From contig CAZOFD010000004.1 of assembly GCA_964579135.1 (NCBI GenBank), forward strand, positions 5,471-69,470: a stretch of 64,000 nucleotides of DNA. The letters run 5' to 3'. The translations under genes were made by a program, and so were the position numbers. The DNA comes from an uncultured Ruminococcus sp. Lineage in GTDB: Bacteria; Bacillota; Clostridia; Oscillospirales; CAG-272. This document shows, piece after piece, positions 57,370 through 64,000 of this stretch; the stretch's first letter is position 1, and each line of letters opens with the position of its first letter. The notes under the pieces were generated by a model, which did no database searches, was not told where the DNA came from, and saw only the letters and a list, made by a program, of their open reading frames with translations.

Positions 57370-59265
57370 TTATGCTTCGTCGCGCAGCATATCCTCCATT
57401 GCCAGAACGACGCTGTCCGCGTCGATCTTTTGCGATGCATAAACGCTTTCCTTGCCGTTTGCCGCGGCAAAACCGTCGTCCGAGGCGAGGATGGTATAAC
57501 GCGCGTGGGTAAACGCGCCGCGACGCGCGAGCGCGTCCGAAAGATTCATACCGAAGCCGCCGCGTCGTATCTCCTCTTCGAGAAATACGACGTTGCGAAT
57601 TTTGCCGTTTGAAGCATCGAGGAGCTCCGAGGCGAGCTTGTCGTACGGCGCGGCGTATTCGCAAAGAAAGACCGCGCACTCGATCCCGCGCCGCCCGAGG
57701 AGTTCTTTGGCTTTCAGCGCTGTTGTCGCCATTCGCCCGTGAACTACAACGGCACAGCGCGTTTCGCTTGTCAGACCGCTCGTTCGTACCCCCGCGACGT
57801 CGGGGGCGCGATCTTTGTAAAATGCGTCCGTTATCGCCGCGTCCTCCACGTCGTTCGGGTATCTGACGGCTGCAGGCTCCGCAGCGCGGAGTGCCTCGGC
57901 AAGCGCGGCACGCAACGCGGCGTACGTTGCCGGCGTATAGATCTTTACGTTCGGTATCTCGGAGAGAAAGGCAACGTCGTAGATGCCGTTATGCGTGGCT
58001 CCGTCGGATATATTTATGCCGGCGCGATCGACGCAAAATACTACGGGCAGTTTTTGCAGCGCAACGTCGTGGATGACGTTGTCGTATGCTCGTTGCAAAA
58101 AAGTGGAGTATATTGCGCAAACGGGGCGCGCACCGCCTGCCGCAAGCCCTGCGGCAAAAGTGACCGCGTGCTCTTCGGCGATTCCGACGTCGAAAAATCT
58201 GTCGGAAAATTCGCTCTCGAAGCGTGAAAGCCCCGTTCCGCGGCTCATAGCGGCGGTTATCGCGCAAATTTTTTCGTTATTCGCGGCGAGGGCGCAAAGT
58301 TCGTCGCCGAACGCGGAGGAAAATCCGCCCGCGGGATCGGCGTACTTGCTCGGTATCGAGTGATATTTGTCCGGGGTTTCCTCGGCGGGGGCGTACCCTT
58401 TGCCTTTGACCGTTTTTACGTGCAAAATAACGCTTTCGTTGCATTTTTTCGCTTCGCTCAGCATAGCTTCGACGCTTTTGCGGTCGTTCCCGTCGATCGG
58501 TCCTATATAGTACAGCCCGAGATTTTCGAAATAGTTGGAGTCGTAAAGAGCATTCTTCAGCCTTTTTTTGAGGCACACCATCAGTTTTACAAGGGGCTTG
58601 CCGATGAGGGGAATACGGCAAAGGATGCCTCGGGTTGCGTCTTTGGCACGGAAATATTCGGGGCGCGTACGGATCTTGGATATGCTTTTCGCAAGCCTGC
58701 CGATGTTTTTTGATATCGACATCTCGTTTTCGTTGATGATGACGATAAGCTTGAGCCCCTTTCTCTCGCTGCAGTTGTTGAGCGCCTCGTGCACCATACC
58801 GCCCGTAAACGCACCGTCGCCGAGCACCGCGATGGTATACGAATCGTCGCCCGCGAGACGCGCCGCCTCGGCGATACCGAGTGCCGCGGATACGGACGTG
58901 GAGCTGTGCCCGGCTCCGAAAGGATCGTGTTCGCTCTCCTCGCGCTTGGTAAATCCCGACAGACCGCCGGGGGCGCGCAGGGTGTCGAAGCGGTCGCCTC
59001 GCCCCGTCAACAGCTTGTGAACGTACGACTGGTGACCCACGTCCCAAACGATTTTGTCGCGCGGACTGTCGAATACGCGATGAATCGCGAGCGTGAGCTC
59101 CACGACTCCGAGATTCGAAGCGAGATGACCGCCCGTTTTCGTAACCGAGTCGATGAGAAACTCGCGTATTTCCGCACATAGAGCGTCAAGCTCGGAGTCG
59201 GACATATTTTTAACGTCGCTCGGCGAGTTGACGCGAGAAAGAAAAGGATATTTTGAAGAGTTCAT
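57370..59265 (-). CDS. dxs: 1-deoxy-D-xylulose-5-phosphate synthase
   Basis: GGHLASNLGVVELT and the TPP motif GDGAFTGGM...NEN. 631 aa. Confidence 0.95.
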   Translation of the reverse strand: MNSSKYPFLSRVNSPSDVKNMSDSELDALCAEIREFLIDSVTKTGGHLASNLGVVELTLAIHRVFDSPRDKIVWDVGHQSYVHKLLTGRGDRFDTLRAPGGLSGFTKREESEHDPFGAGHSSTSVSAALGIAEAARLAGDDSYTIAVLGDGAFTGGMVHEALNNCSERKGLKLIVIINENEMSISKNIGRLAKSISKIRTRPEYFRAKDATRGILCRIPLIGKPLVKLMVCLKKRLKNALYDSNYFENLGLYYIGPIDGNDRKSVEAMLSEAKKCNESVILHVKTVKGKGYAPAEETPDKYHSIPSKYADPAGGFSSAFGDELCALAANNEKICAITAAMSRGTGLSRFESEFSDRFFDVGIAEEHAVTFAAGLAAGGARPVCAIYSTFLQRAYDNVIHDVALQKLPVVFCVDRAGINISDGATHNGIYDVAFLSEIPNVKIYTPATYAALRAALAEALRAAEPAAVRYPNDVEDAAITDAFYKDRAPDVAGVRTSGLTSETRCAVVVHGRMATTALKAKELLGRRGIECAVFLCEYAAPYDKLASELLDASNGKIRNVVFLEEEIRRGGFGMNLSDALARRGAFTHARYTILASDDGFAAANGKESVYASQKIDADSVVLAMEDMLRDEA

Positions 59266-59385
59266 GGCAAAAGTCGTATCGCCTCTCCCGTTCGTTTCGT
59301 TTTTATCCGTATAGGTGTGTGCTTTCGGTCGTAATAAAGTCGACGCTTTCGATTGTCGGCGGCAAAGGCGAGATCGCCGCGAAAG

Positions 59386-61782
59386 TTATTTGCCGTTTTG
59401 CCCGTATACTTCCGCGGCGAATCTTACGGTCGCCATAGCGTCGGGGGCATATCTGTCGGCACCGACGGAGGCGGCGTATTCTTCGGTCAGCACGGCACCG
59501 CCGACTACGATCTTGACGTTCGGATGCGTTGCCCTTACGATTTCTATCGTTCGGCGCATCGATGGCACCGTGGTCGTCATAAGTGCGGAAAGCCCGAGAA
59601 GCGACGCCCCGGTCGTTTCGAGCGCTTCCGCCACGGTTGCGGGCGGAACGTCGCGCCCGAGGTCTACGACCTCGAATCCGTAACTTTTAAGCATAACGCC
59701 GACGATGTTTTTTCCGATATCGTGCACGTCGCCCTCTACCGTGGCGAGAACGACTTTGTTTTTCGACGCGGGAGCGACGCTCGAGGAGAGCATTCGGTCG
59801 GATATTACGGAAAGCGCGGATATCGCCGCGTCGGCGCAAGCGAGCAGTGCGGGCAAAAACATCTTGCCGCGCTCGAACTCGCCACCCGCGCGCTCGAGCG
59901 CAGGTACGACAAGACGCGAGATCACCTCTGTCGGCGGCATTTTGTCACATTCTTCGGCGGCGAGTTTTGCCGCGCGTGCGGCGAGCCCGCCGTATATGCA
60001 ACCGGTCAGGTCGTCCGTCGTCGACTCGACGGACGCGGCACTTTTTATCGATGCCGAAAGGGCAGCCATAGCTTCGTCGGCGTTTTTGACGTTGCCTCTC
60101 GCTATCGCCATCATCGGGGCGGAGCAGGGGTTCATTATAGCCGCGTCGAGCCCCGCGTCGATCGCCGCGCACAAAAAGTCGCAGTTAACGCGATCTCGGT
60201 CGGGAAGCCCGAAAGATACGTTGGATATCCCGAGTGACGTTTTGATCCCGAGGCGCGACTTTATCATCCGCAGGGCGGACAACGTTTTTTCGGCTGCGGC
60301 GGGATCGGCGCCGAGGGTAAGCGTGAGCGGGTCTGCTATTATATCTTCGCGGGGGATACCGTATTCCGCCGCACGGGCGACGATCTTTTCGGCGATCGCG
60401 TATCTGCCTTCGGCGGTGTCGGGTATGCCGTTTTCGTCAAGTGTCAAAGCTATTATAACTCCGCCGTATTTTGCCGCGAGCGGGAGTACGGTCGAGAGAG
60501 ATTTTTCGCTTCCGTTTACGGAATTTATCAGTGCCTTGCCGTTGTACCTGCGCAGTGCCCGTTCCATAGCTACGGGATCGGACGTGTCGATCTGCAAGGG
60601 CAGGGAACAAACGGATTGTATGTTTTCCACGGTTCGGGTCAGCACCGTCGGCTCGTCTACGTCGGGGATGCCGACGTTAACGTCGAGCAGGTCGGCGCCG
60701 CAGGCGGCTTCGTTGTGCGCTTCGGCAACGGCGTAATCGAAGTCTCCGCTTTTCAGCGCGGCTTTGAATTTCGGTTTGCCCGTGGGATTGATGCGCTCGC
60801 CGATAACCGCGGTCTTGCCTCCGAAAACAAACCGTTTTACGGGCGAGGATACTGCCGTCGGGCGTTCGCGACGCCCGCGGGTGACGCACGTTGCGTCTGC
60901 GACGGCAAGGCGCGATTTTTTTATAAATTCGGGGGTCGTTCCGCAACAACCGCCGACCAAGGTCGCGCCCGCCTCGACAATTCTCCTCATCTCGTATGCG
61001 AACTCGTCTGCCGTGAGGTCGTATTCGGCTTTGCCGTTCGGCAACATCCGCGGCAGCCCCGCGTTGGGGTTGACGGCGACGGGCAGATCGGTCGCGAGAG
61101 CGAAGCGGGGTACGAGTGGCAACATCTCGCGCGGACCCGTCGAGCAATTCATACCGACGGCGTCGGCGCCGAGTGCGTCGAGTGCACATACCATACTTTC
61201 GACGTCGCTGCCGGTAAAGGTCTTGCCGTCGGCGTCGAAAACACAGGTGACGACGACGGGCAAGGCGCAATTTTCTTTAACGGCTATAAGGGCGGCGCGC
61301 ACCTCGGCGATATCTCCGAAAGTCTCGAGCAAAACGAGATCGCAATATTCCGCGCCTACGCGCACCACGTCCGCAAAAGCTCGCACCGCGTCCTCGAAGT
61401 CGAGCTCACCCTTGCCGACAAGCTTGCCGAGCGGTCCTACGTCAAGCGCGACGTAAGGGCTTTTGCCCGCCTCTTTTGCCGCTTGCGCCGCGCAGGCGAC
61501 GGCGGCGCGGATAAGTTCGTCGGCGGGGTGCGCATCGCTTTGCGGATGGCGCAGGAAATTTGCGCCGAAAGTGTTGAGCTTGATTATGTCCGCGCCCGCC
61601 TCGATATATTCTCGGTGGACGGCGACGACCTTGCTCGGCTCGGTCACGTTCAGCATCTCGGGGGGCGTACCCGCCGCCAGCCCGCGAGCTTGCAACATAG
61701 TGCCGAAACCGCCGTCGAAAAAGAGTATTTCCTTGCCGAGCTTGTTGCGTAGCTCTCGGCTTTTTATATTTTCGTTATTCAT
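59386..61782 (-). CDS. metH: Cobalamin-dependent methionine synthase, short form (Hcy-MT + pterin-binding + B12 cap/binding; no AdoMet reactivation domain)
   Basis: GGCCGTTP (Hcy Zn site), B12 motifs DVHDIGKN, SALMTT and GGA at the C-terminus. The protein ends ~40 aa after the B12 domain. Confidence 0.9.
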   Translation of the reverse strand: MNNENIKSRELRNKLGKEILFFDGGFGTMLQARGLAAGTPPEMLNVTEPSKVVAVHREYIEAGADIIKLNTFGANFLRHPQSDAHPADELIRAAVACAAQAAKEAGKSPYVALDVGPLGKLVGKGELDFEDAVRAFADVVRVGAEYCDLVLLETFGDIAEVRAALIAVKENCALPVVVTCVFDADGKTFTGSDVESMVCALDALGADAVGMNCSTGPREMLPLVPRFALATDLPVAVNPNAGLPRMLPNGKAEYDLTADEFAYEMRRIVEAGATLVGGCCGTTPEFIKKSRLAVADATCVTRGRRERPTAVSSPVKRFVFGGKTAVIGERINPTGKPKFKAALKSGDFDYAVAEAHNEAACGADLLDVNVGIPDVDEPTVLTRTVENIQSVCSLPLQIDTSDPVAMERALRRYNGKALINSVNGSEKSLSTVLPLAAKYGGVIIALTLDENGIPDTAEGRYAIAEKIVARAAEYGIPREDIIADPLTLTLGADPAAAEKTLSALRMIKSRLGIKTSLGISNVSFGLPDRDRVNCDFLCAAIDAGLDAAIMNPCSAPMMAIARGNVKNADEAMAALSASIKSAASVESTTDDLTGCIYGGLAARAAKLAAEECDKMPPTEVISRLVVPALERAGGEFERGKMFLPALLACADAAISALSVISDRMLSSSVAPASKNKVVLATVEGDVHDIGKNIVGVMLKSYGFEVVDLGRDVPPATVAEALETTGASLLGLSALMTTTVPSMRRTIEIVRATHPNVKIVVGGAVLTEEYAASVGADRYAPDAMATVRFAAEVYGQNGK

Positions 61783-61874
61783 ACGATACGTTGCTGCCTT
61801 TCAAAGGGAAAAAGCGATCCGAAAGATCTATCGGGCAAAAACCGAAAGCTTTGCGTTTGCCGCGTAACGTCGCC

Positions 61875-62738
61875 TCAGACGAGAAAATCGCGAACCCCGA
61901 GCATTACTTCGCTCGATACGCGGGCGTTGTTCATCGAATACAGGTGGACGTTTTTCACCCCGCGAAGATAAAGGTCGGATATCTGTTTTATCGCACGCTC
62001 CACGCCGTAAGTAAACATCGCTTTGGGGTCGTTTTCGTATCTTGCGGCGGCGTCAGTCAGATCCGAGGGTACGTCCGAGCCCGACAGGGCGCGCATACGG
62101 TTTATCTGCTTACCGCTCGTAAGCGGCATAATGCCAGCCGTAATCGGCGCCGTTATGCCTGCGCGTTCCGTTCGCTCAAGAAATCGGAAAAAGACGTCGT
62201 TGTCGAAAAAGAGTTGCGTCGTAAGAAAATCGCAGCCGCACTCGACCTTTTCCTTAAGATATCGAATATCCTCTTCGAGCGAGGCGGATTCGGGGTGCCC
62301 CTCGGGGTAGCAGGCTCCGCCGACGCAAATGTCGCCGTGCGCTTTGACGTGGGCTGCGAGCTCGCCGGCGTGGCGGAAAGCCCACGCGTTCGGGTCGCTC
62401 CCGTCGGGTACGTCGCCGCGCAACGCCAAAACGTTTTCGATGCCGCTTGCCCGAATTTTATCAAGGCTCGCGTCTATCCCCTCGAGCGTTGACCCGACGC
62501 ACGTCAGGTGATGTATAACCGAAACGGAATACTTTTTTTCGATGTTTTCCGCAATCGGCAGGGTAAAGCGCGAGCCGTTGCCTCCGGCACCGTACGTAAC
62601 GCTCATATATGCGGGCTTAAGTGCGGCGATTTTTTCCGTCGCTTCGCGCACCGAATCAAAGGCGTCGGTGCTCTTGGGCGGAAAAACCTCGCAGGATAAC
62701 GTGTTTTTGCCGTTTGTCAATATATCCGATATCTTCAT
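61875..62738 (-). CDS. metF: 5,10-methylenetetrahydrofolate reductase
   Basis: MTHFR blocks SVTYGAGG, HLTCVG and ALRGD. ATG 62738 has GGAGAAAAC upstream. The ORF-track N-terminal extension to 62939 runs through the promoter. Confidence 0.88.
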   Translation of the reverse strand: MKISDILTNGKNTLSCEVFPPKSTDAFDSVREATEKIAALKPAYMSVTYGAGGNGSRFTLPIAENIEKKYSVSVIHHLTCVGSTLEGIDASLDKIRASGIENVLALRGDVPDGSDPNAWAFRHAGELAAHVKAHGDICVGGACYPEGHPESASLEEDIRYLKEKVECGCDFLTTQLFFDNDVFFRFLERTERAGITAPITAGIMPLTSGKQINRMRALSGSDVPSDLTDAAARYENDPKAMFTYGVERAIKQISDLYLRGVKNVHLYSMNNARVSSEVMLGVRDFLV

Positions 62739-62765
62739 TTGTTTTCTCCGTAAAAATATAAGGTA

Positions 62766-62794
62766 ATTATACCTCAATATTGTCTTTTTTTCAA
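62766..62794 (-). promoter_or_regulatory. metF-metH promoter
   Basis: Minus strand: TTGAAA (62794-62789), 17-nt spacer, TATAAT (62771-62766). Only ~20 nt of leader before the SD. Confidence 0.6.
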
Positions 62795-62924
62795 CCGTTT
62801 TCGTTGTTTTTTCGGCAAAAAAGGGCGATCTGCGCACGAGTGACGGCAAAAGCGCCACGCCGCAGACTTTTTTGCCGAGACAAAGTATTGCGTGACTCCG
62901 AACGTGACGAACGCCTGCCGCAAG

Positions 62925-63070
62925 TCGCAAAATCGACAAAAAGGCGATAAAACAGCGACAGGCGGATGCAAAAGACGATAAACAAGCGACAAAAGAGAGG
63001 ATAATACGAGCGAAAAAAGCCGAAAAATGCGACCGAAAGGCGAAACCGGAGCGAATAAAGCCGATAAAAA
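62925..63070. repeat. Degenerate ~10-11 bp periodic A/G/C-rich (T-poor) array, GCGA(Y)AAA-type units
   Basis: CGA of successive units at 62934, 62945, 62956, 62976, 62987, 63007/63011, 63021, 63034, 63041, 63052 and 63062. Contains an imperfect 22-23-nt direct repeat (62937-62959 versus 62969-62990). Confidence 0.5.
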
Positions 63071-63107
63071 GGCGGCGCGGAGAGGATTTCTCCGCGCCGC
63101 CTTTTTT
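63066..63107. terminator. Bidirectional terminator downstream of the aldo/keto reductase gene
   Basis: aaaaa-ggcggcgcggag-aggattt-ctccgcgccgcc-tttttt. Confidence 0.75.
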
Positions 63108-63181
63108 ACGTTTGCGGCGAACGCCGACAGCACGCTGTCAAGGCTATGCCGCGTCGCTTTGCGCCGCACCTTTCTTGCCGT

Positions 63182-64000
63182 TTATTTTTTGCTTTTGAAT
63201 TCGGCGATTTTTTCGGCGAACTCCGCAAACACGCGCGGTATATCTATACGTTGCGGGCAAACCGAGGCGCAAGCGCGGCAAGCGACGCACGCGCTCGGCT
63301 GCGACGAGGGCGGAAGCAGCGATACGTCTTCGAGCTCGCTCCTATCACCGAGTTTGTAGCGGTTGTACGACGCTAAAAGCGCGGGTATGTCGAGACCGAT
63401 CGGGCACTTTTCGCAGTAGCGGCAACGCGTACAGGGGACGTTGATCTTCGCGCGCAATATATCGAGTGCCCCCTCGAGCACACGGCGCTCGTCGTCCGAG
63501 AACGGCTCGAAGTTCGAAAACGTGTGAACGTTGTCGACAGCCTGCTCGCGGTTGCTCATTCCGCTTAAAACGAGTGCGACGTTCGGCAGGGAAGCCACGT
63601 AGCGGAAAGCCCAAGACGCCACCGAGTCGTCGGGGCGTGCTTTTTTGAGCAGGAGATCCGCATTTTCGTCAAGCGACGCGAGCCTGCCGCCGCGGCACGG
63701 CTCCATAACGATAACGGGGAGAGAGTGCGACGTCGCTATCTCGTATTGCTCGCACGCGTTTTGCAGCTCCCAGTCGAGGTAGTTTATCTGCAATTGGCAG
63801 AATTCGAAAGTGCCCTCGGGGAACGAGGAGATAAACGATTCGAGCTGCTCGGGCTTCGAGTGCGACGAAAAACCGAGGTGAGATATTCTGCCGGCGGCTT
63901 TTTGCTCGGTCAGATATTCGACAATGCCGAGTTCGCGGTCGAGATAGACGTCGCGTGTGTCGGCGCAAACGTTGTGCAAAAGATAAAAGTCGAATCTGTC
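63182..64000 (-). CDS. Aldo/keto reductase with C-terminal 4Fe-4S ferredoxin-type domain; N-terminus beyond window
   Basis: AKR-like body plus two Cys clusters, CTRCRYCEKCP and CVACRACASVCP. ORF is open to the window end. Confidence 0.8.
   Translation of the reverse strand, partial: DRFDFYLLHNVCADTRDVYLDRELGIVEYLTEQKAAGRISHLGFSSHSKPEQLESFISSFPEGTFEFCQLQINYLDWELQNACEQYEIATSHSLPVIVMEPCRGGRLASLDENADLLLKKARPDDSVASWAFRYVASLPNVALVLSGMSNREQAVDNVHTFSNFEPFSDDERRVLEGALDILRAKINVPCTRCRYCEKCPIGLDIPALLASYNRYKLGDRSELEDVSLLPPSSQPSACVACRACASVCPQRIDIPRVFAEFAEKIAEFKSKK

Noticed and set aside
42-62492. Many very long ORFs antisense to annotated genes, for example 42-1250, 5210-6748, 10854-13028, 13170-14354, 32088-33251, 40272-41657, 46375-47685, 51428-52717, 52759-56937 (1392 aa) and 59353-60237.
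   Set aside because: All are in exact complementary codon register with a well-supported sense gene. Their translations are R/H/Y/F-rich, lack recognisable domains and have no SD. They are explained by the absence of TTA, CTA and TCA codons in the sense genes.
26315-62939. Long N-terminal extensions in the ORF track (starts at 3469, 7493, 24168, 25088, 26315, 27304, 29039, 31994, 32220, 33550, 35395, 44324, 46105, 62939).
   Set aside because: Each extension overlaps the preceding gene or a promoter and lacks an SD. Internal ATG/TTG starts with good SDs reproduce the canonical N-termini of the families, so the shorter coordinates were used.
62739-63181. Looked for an S-box (SAM-I), T-box or cobalamin riboswitch upstream of metF/metH.
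   Set aside because: The consensus promoter lies only ~27 nt from the ATG. I saw none of the conserved cores expected for an S-box, T-box specifier/antiterminator or B12-box. A covariance-model scan would be the decisive check.
62774-63359. ORFs 62774-63169 (-, 131 aa), 62791-62985 (-) and 63027-63359 (+) in the metF/AKR intergenic region.
   Set aside because: They are low-complexity translations of the T-poor periodic array. They run straight through a strong bidirectional terminator and the metF promoter, and have no SD or homology signal.
1-64000. Searched for CRISPR repeats, transposase, integrase or recombinase genes, phage modules, toxin-antitoxin pairs, restriction-modification or other defence genes, and compositionally deviant islands.
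   Set aside because: None seen. Every sizeable ORF is accounted for by a housekeeping or sporulation-associated family or by the few hypotheticals listed. The only low-GC stretches are short promoter regions.

Overview
This window looks like core chromosome from a moderately GC-rich, endospore-forming Firmicute; the taxon is inferred from gene order and content only. About 60 densely packed housekeeping genes lie in five alternating strand blocks, many with 4-nt ATGA/GTGA start-stop overlaps.

Plus strand, 2.4-21.8 kb:
- potABCD
- cdaA-cdaR
- a frameshifted FAD-dependent oxidoreductase
- recJ-relA-dtd-hemZ and a uridine-kinase-like gene
- the B. subtilis-like yabM-mazG-yabO-yabP-yabQ-divIC cluster

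Minus strand, 21.9-24.0 kb: htpG plus a small TSCPD gene.

Plus strand, 24.2-29.5 kb: ispE, a ThrE-type exporter pair, a methyltransferase-fold protein, sufC plus a sufB/D-like gene, and hup.

Minus strand, 29.5-31.9 kb: a DUF421 protein, asnA and an mmcQ-like gene.

Plus strand, 32.2-57.2 kb:
- ruvC and an rRNA-methyltransferase-like gene
- ecfA1-ecfA2-ecfT-truA
- a hypothetical membrane protein and cvpA
- an atypical clpC-like gene and a degenerate P-type ATPase homologue
- ylmC
- rpsB-tsf-pyrH-frr-uppS-cdsA-dxr-rseP-ispG-polC

Minus strand, 57.4-64.0 kb: dxs, metH, metF and a truncated Fe-S aldo/keto reductase.

One tRNA-Leu(UAG) gene lies at 1283-1365. I found no CRISPR array, transposase, integrase, prophage or recognisable defence or toxin-antitoxin module, so I cannot support the claim of a novel accessory system here.

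The most unusual items are:
- an adjacent gene pair: a ClpC-like unfoldase whose N-domain is replaced by a CxxC..CxxC ribbon, followed by a full-length P-type ATPase homologue lacking all catalytic signatures
- a single-base frameshift in the FAD oxidoreductase
- a consensus promoter placed to give a leaderless yabO transcript
- a ~140-bp T-poor array with 10-11 bp periodicity upstream of metF
- several structured leaders and operator-like palindromes

All promoter, terminator and RNA-structure calls are by eye from the sequence and are not experimentally supported.
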